The notes beneath the pieces are model-generated. The model did no database searches. It was not told the origin of the DNA and saw nothing but the letters and a program-made list of their open reading frames with translations. The position numbers were made by a program, and so were the translations under genes. From Cryomorphaceae bacterium (lineage in GTDB: Bacteria > Bacteroidota > Bacteroidia > Flavobacteriales_D > Crocinitomicaceae): 64,000 nt of DNA. Positions 47,145-56,525 of the stretch are shown in pieces (position 1 is the stretch's first letter; the number at the start of each line of letters is the position of its first letter). Location: the NCBI GenBank assembly GCA_027485415.1, contig JAIXRC010000031.1, forward strand, positions 4,084 through 68,083. The letters run 5' to 3'.

Positions 47145-48128
47145 TTAATTTTTTATGTATCCGTTTGCCTTAAACCATTCCACTAAATCTGCTACCGTTT
47201 CCTTGAAGGGTCGCGGATTATGCTGCAGTTCAAGCCGTGCCTTTTCGTGGCTGATCATGGGACTTCCGTGCAGCAATATTTCGATCGATTCGATCGTGTA
47301 CAGCGGCGCTTTTCCCGTAAACCACGACTGCAGCTTCACAAAAGGAAGGCCTGCTTTCACCACCCACACAGGAACGTTCGCTACCCGGATTTTACTTCCT
47401 TTCACTTCGCTCACGATGCCCACGATATCTTTCATCGTGTAGTATTTTCCCGACAACAGGTAGTTCTCACCCACGCGTCCCATGGTCAAGGCGTTGCAAA
47501 TAGAACTGGCCACATCGCGCACATCTACCCAGTCGTAACCTCCGGCGAACATGGCAGGAATTTTCCCAAGGTAAATGTCCAGGATGGCTTTTCCCTGAAG
47601 CGAAAGCTTGTTCTCTGGCGCCCCGGTAACCGAGGTGGGGTTAACAATCACGGCGGGAAGCCCCATTTTCACAAACTCCAAAACGGTAAGCTGACCGTCG
47701 CGCTTGCTTTGGTCGTAGGCAAAGGCGGTGTTGTCCACAAAGTTCCGTGACTCGTCAAGGACTTGATCTTGGGGAAGGGGATCGTAAGCGTGGATGGATG
47801 AAATGTGCACCACGCGTTGAATCTTGAGGTCAAGCGCGGTTTGCATGACATTGCGCACTCCGTCCACATTCACCTTGCGCACAAGACCGTTTTGACCTCC
47901 GTTGATGGAGATTATGGCAGCGGAATGAATGAGGGCATCGCAACCTTCCAGCAAGGACTCCATGGCCGCCCGGTCGTTGACATCACCTTTTACGTATTCG
48001 ATATTGTTTTTCTCAAAATAAGCGATGTCGTGAAAACCCAAGGCACGCACCCCATGGCCTCTGCGGCGCAATTCTTCGATGAGGGCGACGCCGACGTGAC
48101 CGCTGGCTCCGGTAATGGCAACTTTCAT
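47145..48128 (-). CDS. NAD(P)-dependent epimerase/dehydratase-type SDR (3-beta-HSD/dihydroflavonol-reductase-like)
   Basis: The ORF track gives 47145..48146. The TAnnTTTG motif at 48144..48151 overlaps that start, so I favour the Met at 48128 (MKVAITGASGHVG, a Rossmann GxxGxxG). Catalytic YDQSK (YxxxK). 4 nt upstream of the reductase gene. Confidence 0.85.
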   Translation of the reverse strand: MKVAITGASGHVGVALIEELRRRGHGVRALGFHDIAYFEKNNIEYVKGDVNDRAAMESLLEGCDALIHSAAIISINGGQNGLVRKVNVDGVRNVMQTALDLKIQRVVHISSIHAYDPLPQDQVLDESRNFVDNTAFAYDQSKRDGQLTVLEFVKMGLPAVIVNPTSVTGAPENKLSLQGKAILDIYLGKIPAMFAGGYDWVDVRDVASSICNALTMGRVGENYLLSGKYYTMKDIVGIVSEVKGSKIRVANVPVWVVKAGLPFVKLQSWFTGKAPLYTIESIEILLHGSPMISHEKARLELQHNPRPFKETVADLVEWFKANGYIKN

Positions 48129-48143
48129 GGTTATAATTTGCCT

Positions 48144-48151
48144 CAAAAGTA
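48144..48151 (-). promoter_or_regulatory. Bacteroidota -7 promoter motif (TActTTTG on the minus strand) for the SDR/5-alpha-reductase operon
   Basis: The plus strand reads caaaagta, 16 nt from the ATG at 48128. Confidence 0.5.
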
Positions 48152-48265
48152 GAAAAATAATTGGGCATTAGGCGTAGTTCTTAAAACGGAACTCAAAGCT
48201 TAAAAAAATACCTTTTTAATCAGTACATTTCGGAGTCCTTTGCATTTGATGATAAGAAAAATATT

Positions 48266-48514
48266 ATGACAAACCTCAGAAAAACCATGGCACTTTTCGT
48301 TATCGCGGGTTTTTGTATTTTGGCCCCTTCTTGCGATATCAAAAAAACAGACAGTTCCGGCGGAACTTATATAAAACCATCTGTTAACTATAAGGGTCAA
48401 ACACGCAAAGGGTACATTCGAAGAAAAGTAAGTACCGACAAAAACGCTCTCAAAAACCAAAATAGGTCGCGGTATTATTACCGCACGAAAGGAAAGTATC
48501 GCAGGAGGAAGTAA
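48266..48514 (+). CDS. Small, very basic putative lipoprotein
   Basis: 82-aa ORF. Lipobox-like ILAPSC after a hydrophobic stretch. The C-terminal half is Arg/Lys/Tyr-rich (RSRYYYRTKGKYRRRK). It overlaps a 113-aa antisense ORF that lacks any recognisable feature. Confidence 0.45.
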   Translation: MTNLRKTMALFVIAGFCILAPSCDIKKTDSSGGTYIKPSVNYKGQTRKGYIRRKVSTDKNALKNQNRSRYYYRTKGKYRRRK

Positions 48515-48805
48515 TTGCATTGTTTTTTTGGAATCCCTCACAGCGGGTTTAAGCCCTCCAACCTCACATCACCCTTGGCCAAGCGTAAAAAATAATACCG
48601 CTGAAAGGCAACCTTTTGACCATCTAATTCGATAAGTATAGCATACTCCAACATTTCACGAACGCACAATTCTTACAAGCATTTGACATGCGGCTTTACC
48701 CACTTGAACGGTTTTACAGAACCTTGGGCATTGCTGCACGCTGCGAAAGCGAACGCGGAATATTGATTAAACCCTCCACCGTAACCCCCAAAATTCCAAT
48801 AGCCT

Positions 48806-49342
48806 ATGCACCAAGCTACGATTAAGCGCCCAAGTCCTGAAGAAATAAATACAAACACTCAACTTCTAAAGACGTTTGAGAAGCTCTTCTCGTCAAAAAA
48901 CTACTATGGAATCATGGATCTTTTTCACCGTGAAGGGTCTTATTTCGATCGCTTTACTTATCCTGTCCTGATGCCATATTTCTTCGCAATTCTCCAATCG
49001 CGCATGGGGCTTATGAACGTTACCGGTCCTTTCTCCAAGGTAATCCATGAACGGCAAAGTTTGTACGACCACATTTGTATTGGAATTAATCACGGATTTT
49101 CCACCGATTATCAACCTGGACAAGTGGTAGTAGAGTTCCGCTTTGGGGTTATTGACCCCTTTTGCCATGAGGAGCAAGATCCTAGCATAACCCTGTTGAA
49201 GAAATTAGGTGAACCGGCGGATAGGAAAATCGCAGAAGCCGTATTCCGCTTTGCGTTAACGTTCAAAGACGGTAAGATTTTTACCCTCCGACATCCTAAG
49301 AAATATGCTGAAAATCTTGACCGTTTTTTGGAAGAAAATTAA
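48806..49342 (+). CDS. Hypothetical protein
   Basis: 178-aa ORF. No recognised motif. Start uncertain. Confidence 0.45.
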   Translation: MHQATIKRPSPEEINTNTQLLKTFEKLFSSKNYYGIMDLFHREGSYFDRFTYPVLMPYFFAILQSRMGLMNVTGPFSKVIHERQSLYDHICIGINHGFSTDYQPGQVVVEFRFGVIDPFCHEEQDPSITLLKKLGEPADRKIAEAVFRFALTFKDGKIFTLRHPKKYAENLDRFLEEN

Positions 49343-49558
49343 TTCCAACCATGTGCATAGCCATGCCATAAATTGCCAATCAAAGCGACCCGAAATTTAG
49401 GCTTGTGCAGGCCAAAACATCCCTTAAAAACAAGAGTTTTAATCGAACTTTGGAAAGGTTCTTCCTAAGATTTGGGATCAGAATATAACTCGTAAAATCC
49501 AGTTCGGAACTTGATTAATTTTTTGACCTTGGGATTTCCCATCAAACCAAGATCAATG

Positions 49559-49966
49559 TCATTCAATTTTACTATTACTAAAATCTATCCCATCACATGT
49601 AAATAAAAAGTAATCCTCGTTGACACCCTCCAAGAAAACACTGTCATAACCACCCTCCTCGTTTAATGTTACAAAAGCTGCTATGCAAATGCTTGAGTCA
49701 ACCGTGCTTAAAAAATTATCAAATATTGGAGTATTATTCTTCTTATTTACTGTTGGTAACGCTTCTTTAAAATTATATCCCAATACTCTAAGATGTTCCT
49801 TTATAGCGTCCGACTTGTTGTCAAACGACCTGATATACATTGCGTATATGTTCGGGTTTTCTACAGTAAACTTCTCATAATCTTTTGAAACTAAGAAATA
49901 ATTCGACTGGGCAAATGACAAATGTGCTACCATAGCACAAACTGCCGAAACAATTGTTTTTTTCAT
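49559..49966 (-). CDS. Hypothetical secreted protein
   Basis: 135-aa ORF with signal peptide (AVCAMVAHLSFAQ). AT-rich gene. No family recognised. Confidence 0.5.
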   Translation of the reverse strand: MKKTIVSAVCAMVAHLSFAQSNYFLVSKDYEKFTVENPNIYAMYIRSFDNKSDAIKEHLRVLGYNFKEALPTVNKKNNTPIFDNFLSTVDSSICIAAFVTLNEEGGYDSVFLEGVNEDYFLFTCDGIDFSNSKIE

Positions 49967-50019
49967 CGTTTAAAGGTTCATATTAAGGTGAATTAATAAT
50001 TTATCGATTAGGTTTAAGC

Positions 50020-51072
50020 CTAATTTTTCTTATACAAGATGTTGAAATAGAAAGATTCTCCTTCGTCTACCGGTTTGGTATTTGGCTTTCCTATCTCCAC
50101 CGTGAATTTTCCATTGAAAAACATAGCGTCTGCGAATTTCGGAAAGTTCTTTTCGAAAGAGGAAGCCACAAACCGATACTTTACCGGCTGTCCATTCACC
50201 AGCATGTTGTCGCAAATGAAGGTGTACGGCGATAATTTATTGGCATTCAACCGCTTTCCATATAATTCAAAAAAGATGTAGTTTTGAGCACTCAGCACCA
50301 AGGTGTCGCCGGGAAAAGCCAGGGATCCGCAAATGTGGTTTTTTTTGGTTTGATGATCATAAACAACCATTTCAACAAAAGTATGCATCGCAGAGTCTAC
50401 AAAGACCGTTCGGTTCGTTTTTCGCAAAGTGAAGGTGTACTTCCCCTTCTTCCAATTCAAGGAATTGCGCACTGATACAAAATCACCCTCATATCCACTG
50501 CTTTCGCAGACCCCTCCTTCCGCTTTCAACAAGGCATCTTCGGAACGGCTTCCCCACCGTGAAAAAATCATGGACCTTCCTAAAAGCTTGAATGGTCCAG
50601 CGTTTTCATTGTTTTCCACAGCGTTATAACCGCCACACTGGGTTTGAATTCCTCCGTAAAATTGCGTGCCGTTGATTTCAGCGGTTCCAAAGGGTGCAAT
50701 GTACAGTTGAACGCTGTCAGGAATATCCGACAAGATATTCACATCGATCGAAAAGGTTTCCATTTCATAGGATTCTTCAAACCATATGTTCAAATCAATC
50801 ATGTGCCACGGTGGCGTCATGATAAAATCGCCCAAAAAACGGTTGTCCTGAAAATAACCTGTTCGACGCTTTCCATTCGCTAAAAACTGGGTTCCAATTC
50901 CGCTCATGGTGCCTGATTCTATTTGTCCAAAATAGGAGTTTCCGTCGCTTAACTTCAGCAAGCCTATTGAAGGAGTGGGTTCCATCGGGTTTTCTTCTTG
51001 GGACTTTACCCTGATCCATGAAAATGTCAGGATTAACAGCAATAAATAACGGTTTAAAAAAATAGCTTTCAT
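50020..51072 (-). CDS. Secreted protein with MORN-like repeats and a DUF3472-like C-terminal domain
   Basis: 350-aa ORF with signal peptide. YFGQIESGTMSGIGTQFLANGKRRTGYFQDNRFLG is MORN-like. FYGGIQTQ...GRSMIFSRWGS resembles the DUF3472 core. This is a weak assignment from memory. Confidence 0.5.
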   Translation of the reverse strand: MKAIFLNRYLLLLILTFSWIRVKSQEENPMEPTPSIGLLKLSDGNSYFGQIESGTMSGIGTQFLANGKRRTGYFQDNRFLGDFIMTPPWHMIDLNIWFEESYEMETFSIDVNILSDIPDSVQLYIAPFGTAEINGTQFYGGIQTQCGGYNAVENNENAGPFKLLGRSMIFSRWGSRSEDALLKAEGGVCESSGYEGDFVSVRNSLNWKKGKYTFTLRKTNRTVFVDSAMHTFVEMVVYDHQTKKNHICGSLAFPGDTLVLSAQNYIFFELYGKRLNANKLSPYTFICDNMLVNGQPVKYRFVASSFEKNFPKFADAMFFNGKFTVEIGKPNTKPVDEGESFYFNILYKKN

Positions 51073-51371
51073 GATTTCTAGTGTTAAAAAAGTGAATGTT
51101 TGGTTTTAAATAGGGGGCAAATAATTACCCACAGTTTACTACATGATTTAGACGTCTTATCATTTCCATAGGTTTTGAGCCTTTCGGCGGTTAAACATCA
51201 ACATCCTTCTGCAATGATCACGCATGTTATTTTGAGCGGCGCCCCTCATCATTTTTCCACCGTGCCTTGCCAGGCCGGTTGGCATCTGCGATCACAGATC
51301 TTCTGGATGATTACGGATAGATAACGGCGGTAGGTTCAACGGTTACAATAAACCAGCAATGCGCTATTTTA

Positions 51372-53360
51372 CTAACCGATCGATGATCGACGACGGCTAT
51401 TGTATAGTCGCGACATGAGCACTACATGTGGAAAACTCAAGGCTGCAAGGAAAACGAATACTTGACCCCAGGTAAAGGGTGCGAAAATTCCAACAACCGC
51501 AAAAAGTAGGATGGCACCGAGTGTAAAAGGCAAGGCCTTAAACCAAAGTTTAAAAGACGGTTTTGCAAGTACATTTTTTAAGGTAATCCAACCGTAAAGG
51601 CTATGTTGGAAAACAAAAAAAATGGCAAATGCCGGAATTAAAGGTACCGCCGCAAGTACGATTAAAGCCAGAATACTTGCCGCCATGGCGCGGTTTCTTG
51701 TGAGCAACAGAAACATTAATCCTCCACCAATTATCCAAGCCCAAACCATCCTTTTATCCATAAAATTCACGGGTAATTCAACCTGCATTTCCGCAAGAAC
51801 CTGACGGGTTTCGCTCCAATGACTCAACAATAACCCTCCTAAAAAATAAGATCCCCAAAGCAAGGATATTCCTTTAGTTTTCAAACGCCAATGGACCACA
51901 TCCGTTTGTCCAAAATGCCACACAGAATAGAGAAGAAATACAAGTAATCCGAGCCATGAACTCCAATGAAATAAGCCATATATGGCAAGCCCCAAAAACA
52001 AATAGACCGAAGCGTACACGGCAATATTCCTTCCCGAGGGTTTCTCGAGAACATGCAAATGATCCAAGGCCCCATGGGGTATGCCTAGAATAAGCAGCCA
52101 AAGTCCAATTATAGCATAGGCAAACGGCATTAAATCAAGTAAATTGAATAGTAACGCAAGCACTGAAGCCAAAAGAAACGGAGAGCTTACTTTTAACAAG
52201 GCTAACACCCTCCACCCTAAATCTTTGAATGCAGCCGTTACGAAAGTCCCAATCGGGAGACTGGAAAATATTTTCAAATCATCGGATAATTTAGTTCGTT
52301 CATCCAGAAAATCAAAAACTTGCTTGGCAGAATTTTTTGCAAAAAGCCGTGTAAAAATAATGCGACCTTGTTCGGGTCTATCCCTTAATATCTGAAGCAA
52401 CAATCGGTCATAATAGGAAAATCTCTTAGAGGCGCTCTTTTCCATTGGAATCGCTCGTTTAAGGGATTGAACCGTGTTTTTAGCGTGAGTCAAGGAGCGT
52501 TCGAAGGAATATCCCGTACTTGGTTTCAGCTTTCCCGCTCGTTCCCCGGTATTGATCCATAGTTGTCCTATTCCTTGTTCCACCGTTTTTCCAATAAACA
52601 TGGGAATCGCTCCCTGTTCCTTATCCTCAATCTCATATTGAATGCCCCGCTTCAACAAATAGGATCGCAATTGAGCATCCGCCTTATCCGCCGACATGAG
52701 GTGTTCCCCGAACCGAGTAATTTCGACCAACGCATGATGCTCACTTAGAGGAAGTACATACATAAATTGAGTCGCATCTTCCTGTTCAACCTCAAAGTCC
52801 ATCATGGTAAAACAAGATGGATCGAAAACAGGATTTGGGCATTTCACTTGCCATCCATAAAAACTTTGATAAAGGCGGGCTTCATGTCTTCCGGGTGCGG
52901 AATAACTGGGCGGCCGGTTATCGAACACTGTCTGAACTTTAATTTCTTGATTACCTATGGAAATAATGCCATGTTCACCGTCGGTGCGCGCATCACAGGA
53001 ATACCCTGTCAACACATAATTAACCTGCTCACGGTTTAATAATTCCTGAGCACGCACGTTAAGCACTGCTCCAGGAATTCGATAATATTTCATCGAATCC
53101 AAGGCTTGTTTGCCATTTCCTACCGTAACACTTGACCAAGCATGCGAAACCATGGGGGCAAGAAATCCAGAATCCATTTCCGTAGGATTCATCCAAAAAC
53201 AAAACGTACGATCGTTTTTCTCCTTTTCATGAGGCTCAATAACCAGGATTTTTTTTCCTTTTAGCAGGCCTTCTTCCTCCAACTGCATGAGCATTAATGC
53301 ATTACCACACCCCATACCGATGAAAGCAAAATCGTAGTAAGAAGCTAGAACAGCATCCAT
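51372..53360 (-). CDS. Fusion protein: lycopene cyclase (CrtY-like, FAD-binding) N-terminal domain plus Brp/Blh-family beta-carotene 15,15'-dioxygenase C-terminal membrane domain
   Basis: 662-aa ORF. N-terminal dinucleotide fold YDFAFIGMGCGNALML and a ~380-aa soluble lycopene_cycl-like region. The C-terminal ~275 aa are polytopic, with the four Blh His motifs: GIPHGALDH, VWHFGQTD, LSHWSE/FVFQHSLYGW and LSFPHVVLM. Confidence 0.8.
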   Translation of the reverse strand: MDAVLASYYDFAFIGMGCGNALMLMQLEEEGLLKGKKILVIEPHEKEKNDRTFCFWMNPTEMDSGFLAPMVSHAWSSVTVGNGKQALDSMKYYRIPGAVLNVRAQELLNREQVNYVLTGYSCDARTDGEHGIISIGNQEIKVQTVFDNRPPSYSAPGRHEARLYQSFYGWQVKCPNPVFDPSCFTMMDFEVEQEDATQFMYVLPLSEHHALVEITRFGEHLMSADKADAQLRSYLLKRGIQYEIEDKEQGAIPMFIGKTVEQGIGQLWINTGERAGKLKPSTGYSFERSLTHAKNTVQSLKRAIPMEKSASKRFSYYDRLLLQILRDRPEQGRIIFTRLFAKNSAKQVFDFLDERTKLSDDLKIFSSLPIGTFVTAAFKDLGWRVLALLKVSSPFLLASVLALLFNLLDLMPFAYAIIGLWLLILGIPHGALDHLHVLEKPSGRNIAVYASVYLFLGLAIYGLFHWSSWLGLLVFLLYSVWHFGQTDVVHWRLKTKGISLLWGSYFLGGLLLSHWSETRQVLAEMQVELPVNFMDKRMVWAWIIGGGLMFLLLTRNRAMAASILALIVLAAVPLIPAFAIFFVFQHSLYGWITLKNVLAKPSFKLWFKALPFTLGAILLFAVVGIFAPFTWGQVFVFLAALSFPHVVLMSRLYNSRRRSSIG

Positions 53361-53594
53361 GAGGGTCAGGCGAATTTAAATAGTAGTATCCTTATAAACC
53401 CATAAAAAGCGGATTTGTTTGTAGCCTTCCGTGTAACCAAAACCAACAACAACATTATAGGGTTGTATTTCGAACCTTAAATGGTACCAACCGAGTGAAG
53501 ACACCACGGTGGTAAAAACGATACGGACTGCCTCAGTCAAAATCAACGTTGGTCTCCAAGGATTACGAAATGCACAGGAGTTACTTAACGTTTA

Positions 53595-53966
53595 ATGTTT
53601 ATTTGTATGAAAAAACAAGTGATTGTTTGGTTAAAAAACGGCATGATTGCCAAAATGAATGCGTCGTGCATTGCTGCGAGTACCCATCAAGTCTACTTCC
53701 CAAGTACCGAATTCGATTTGCCTTTACTCATCGAAGTAAAACATCAGGGTCTCACCACCCTATTGGATTTGAGCGAATTTAACGACTGCGTAGTGCTTCA
53801 GTTTGGAGAAGACCGTTATTTTACGGGTGCCACGTATTGTCAAAACCGCAACACCGGATCCTTTATGATTCAATCCCAGGCAAAGTTCATTCTACTCATG
53901 CCACTCCCTCTTCCCTTTCCGCTGGAAGAAACCGAGGAAATCATGATTAAACCCATCGAAGCATGA
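53595..53966 (+). CDS. Hypothetical protein
   Basis: 123-aa ORF (start may be the MKKQ at 53610). Its stop overlaps the next start (ATGA). Confidence 0.4.
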   Translation: MFICMKKQVIVWLKNGMIAKMNASCIAASTHQVYFPSTEFDLPLLIEVKHQGLTTLLDLSEFNDCVVLQFGEDRYFTGATYCQNRNTGSFMIQSQAKFILLMPLPLPFPLEETEEIMIKPIEA

Positions 53967-54364
53967 GTTCGCACGACGTATTACCCCTGAGTGATGAAAA
54001 ACGCGCTCAGGGGTTTGGAACCTTTCCTTATGTGATTTTGCGGGTTACCGGAGGGGTATATATGCAGTTCCCCATTCATTTTTATGAAGAAAAAAATCCC
54101 GAGAAACCAGGCTTGCGCGTTCGAGTGGATTCCTTATCGAATGAGAAACAAAATTTCGGCAACCTTTTCAATGTGGTCAGGCAATTTCACAAGCAAATCA
54201 ATCCGGTAGAAGCGAAAACATTTAAACTATGTTTAGTACTTGCACCCTTTGTGGCCTATTTTTTTGAGGACAATGCATTCACCTTTTCAGATGAAATACC
54301 AGAAGGCGGGAGTTTAATGAACTCAGAGCACCAAATAATTGCGATGAATTCCCCTCATTTCTGA
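53963..54364 (+). CDS. Hypothetical protein
   Basis: 133-aa ORF, translationally coupled to the preceding ORF. No family recognised. Confidence 0.45.
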   Translation: MSSHDVLPLSDEKRAQGFGTFPYVILRVTGGVYMQFPIHFYEEKNPEKPGLRVRVDSLSNEKQNFGNLFNVVRQFHKQINPVEAKTFKLCLVLAPFVAYFFEDNAFTFSDEIPEGGSLMNSEHQIIAMNSPHF

Positions 54365-54418
54365 CGAAAAGCCGTGCCGAAAAAGTAACCAAGCACCACT
54401 CGGTTCGTTCATAGGTGC

Positions 54419-55714
54419 ATGAAACTAAAGCTTACCGCAATTGTTGGCCTTTTCGTCTTAGGATTGAGGGCTCAATCGTATGAAATCCTCGAACATAAAC
54501 ATCCAATTAACATTGTTGAACTCCCGCAGCTCAACACCCAAGAGCGGGAATGCAACATTAGCTTATTGCCCAACGGAAACTCCCTCTTTTTCATGAGTAC
54601 CCGTGCTATGCGCGGCGGTTTAGGAGGCAACGGCGATATTTTTCAAAGCGACTTCGTAAACGGCGTTTGGCAGGCTCCGGTGGCCTTGGGTTCCATCAAC
54701 ACAGCATCCGGTGAAGACGAGCCTACCTTCAGCAGCGACGGCACGGAGATGTATTATCAAAGTTGGTCCGGCGATTGGAAGTCGATGGGAGGACCTTATT
54801 ACCGTGCAGAAAAACGCAAAGGATCTTGGGTAAAAACCGGGAGCATCGGGAGCAATATCAGTCGGTTTTTCAACCTGCAATCCCAGGCCAACTTTGGTTA
54901 CGGAACCGATGGAATGGCTGTTTCCGCCGACGGGAAATTGTTCATCGTCGCCTGCGGACCAGATTACGATGGCCCAATGGACTTATATTACAGCGTTAAA
55001 AACGACCAAGGCTGGACTTTTCCACAGCTTTTAGGGGTTTCAACCACCGGCGATGAACGTTCCGTCTTTATAGCCGCCGATAACCGTACCATTTATTTTA
55101 GCAGCGATGGAATGGGAGGTTTTGGAGGCTTAGACATCTTTAAAGTACGCATTGAAGAGAACGGAAAACTCGGAGATCCTATTAACATTGGGGCACCGTT
55201 CAACACCCCTGAAGATGACATGGGATTCGTGGCTTCAGCCGACGGTAAATCGGCGTTTTTCATCCGCAACCTCGACATCTATTTCGCCGATATCTCGGCC
55301 TTAACGGAAAAAATCAAACCCATCACATCCACCCAGACCCTAGAGAAAGCACCGGAAACACCAATAGAAACCGACCCTACCCCCAACGAAGCCCCGCGTC
55401 CAAAACCCTTAACGGTTTTCTTCAACCACGACGCAGATCAACCCATCGCACAAGAACTACAAAAATTGCAGGACTTCAACCCCAATGGTCGTACATTACT
55501 CGTGCAAGGTTATTGCGATTCCGATGGGAACGAAGCCTACAACATAGATCTGGCAAAACGGCGTTGTGAAACGGTGAAAAATGCCTTAATTCGCCTTGGA
55601 ATAGCCAGCGAGTTTATAGAAATTCGAGTTCACGGTGAAAGTAATCCCGCCGCGACGAACGCAACCGAAAAAGGAAAAGCGGCAAACCGGAGGGTAATAG
55701 TTTCCGTTAATTAA
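54419..55714 (+). CDS. OmpA-family protein with TolB-like (WD40-like beta-propeller) repeats
   Basis: 431-aa ORF with signal peptide. Repeated SxDG..xYF motifs (FSSDGTEMYY, VSADGKLFIV, AADNRTIYFSSDG, SADGKSAFF). C-terminal OmpA_C domain (GYCDSDGNEAYNIDLAKRRCETV...NRRVIVSV). Confidence 0.85.
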   Translation: MKLKLTAIVGLFVLGLRAQSYEILEHKHPINIVELPQLNTQERECNISLLPNGNSLFFMSTRAMRGGLGGNGDIFQSDFVNGVWQAPVALGSINTASGEDEPTFSSDGTEMYYQSWSGDWKSMGGPYYRAEKRKGSWVKTGSIGSNISRFFNLQSQANFGYGTDGMAVSADGKLFIVACGPDYDGPMDLYYSVKNDQGWTFPQLLGVSTTGDERSVFIAADNRTIYFSSDGMGGFGGLDIFKVRIEENGKLGDPINIGAPFNTPEDDMGFVASADGKSAFFIRNLDIYFADISALTEKIKPITSTQTLEKAPETPIETDPTPNEAPRPKPLTVFFNHDADQPIAQELQKLQDFNPNGRTLLVQGYCDSDGNEAYNIDLAKRRCETVKNALIRLGIASEFIEIRVHGESNPAATNATEKGKAANRRVIVSVN

Positions 55715-55832
55715 CCCAAATTGGTCATTCCGAAACTACCCTTACCTTTCGAGTGGTGTTTTCGGAGTATTCTGTTTGGTATTTTTTATATTTTGCCACA
55801 ATTTCTGTTTTTTTTGAAGATAAAAATATGGT

Positions 55833-56525
55833 ATGATGAAAAAAATCGAAAATGCAATAACCGATTATATTAAGAGCAGAATTTCAGAAAGTAATTTTAG
55901 TTCGGAATTTTCTCCTAATAATCTTGGACATATTTATTATCAGAAATTACGTCCATTTAATGATTTTCGTAATGCTCAGTTGGTAAATCTTTTTGTAAAA
56001 GAAGGTCAGTATGTGTTTAAAGGAAATAGTTTAGCTGAAATAACTTTTGGAGGAAGTTTAATAAGGATATTTGCTGAAAATTCAGGGATTATTCATATTG
56101 TTACGCCCCTTGGCTCAAATCTTAGTATTGGTGATTGTTTGTTTCATATTTATAGTGATAACAATTCTTGCATTTCAGATTTAATAGAATGGAGAAAGTT
56201 CTCTTCAAAATTAATTTACAATTTAACTACATTAAAATACTTTATTCTTTTTGTTTGTTTTCATATTTTAATCACTTATGGGGTTTTTCTTTTGCCTTAT
56301 ACAATTCGAGGTTTTGCTTTTCTAATCTATTTTGTGATAACTGTTTTAATTAGTCTTTATCTTGTTCTAATCATGAAATACTGTAATGCGTCCCCATATG
56401 AGCAGCAATATATGATGGATCATGCAGTTGATAATACAAATTTTCAAATTCGGTTCACTGTTTTGGCAATCTTTGTTACTTTATTTTACTTTGGTTTGGA
56501 GATGGCAATACTTAATTTTTTTTGA
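55833..56525 (+). CDS. Hypothetical membrane protein on the AT-rich island (lipoyl/biotinyl-like barrel plus ~3 TM helices)
   Basis: 230-aa ORF. LFVKEGQYVFKGNSLAEITFGGSLIRIFAENSGIIHIVTPLGSNLSIGDCLFHIY resembles a biotin-lipoyl-like hammerhead. The C-terminal half is strongly hydrophobic. Composition is very different from the neighbours: one 60-nt line at 56221 has only 10 G/C. Confidence 0.5.
   Translation: MMKKIENAITDYIKSRISESNFSSEFSPNNLGHIYYQKLRPFNDFRNAQLVNLFVKEGQYVFKGNSLAEITFGGSLIRIFAENSGIIHIVTPLGSNLSIGDCLFHIYSDNNSCISDLIEWRKFSSKLIYNLTTLKYFILFVCFHILITYGVFLLPYTIRGFAFLIYFVITVLISLYLVLIMKYCNASPYEQQYMMDHAVDNTNFQIRFTVLAIFVTLFYFGLEMAILNFF

Noticed and set aside
48200-48541. 113-aa minus-strand ORF overlapping the small basic lipoprotein ORF
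   Set aside because: It has no signal, motif or promoter match. The plus-strand ORF at least has a lipobox. Both are weak, and I kept only the plus-strand call at low confidence.
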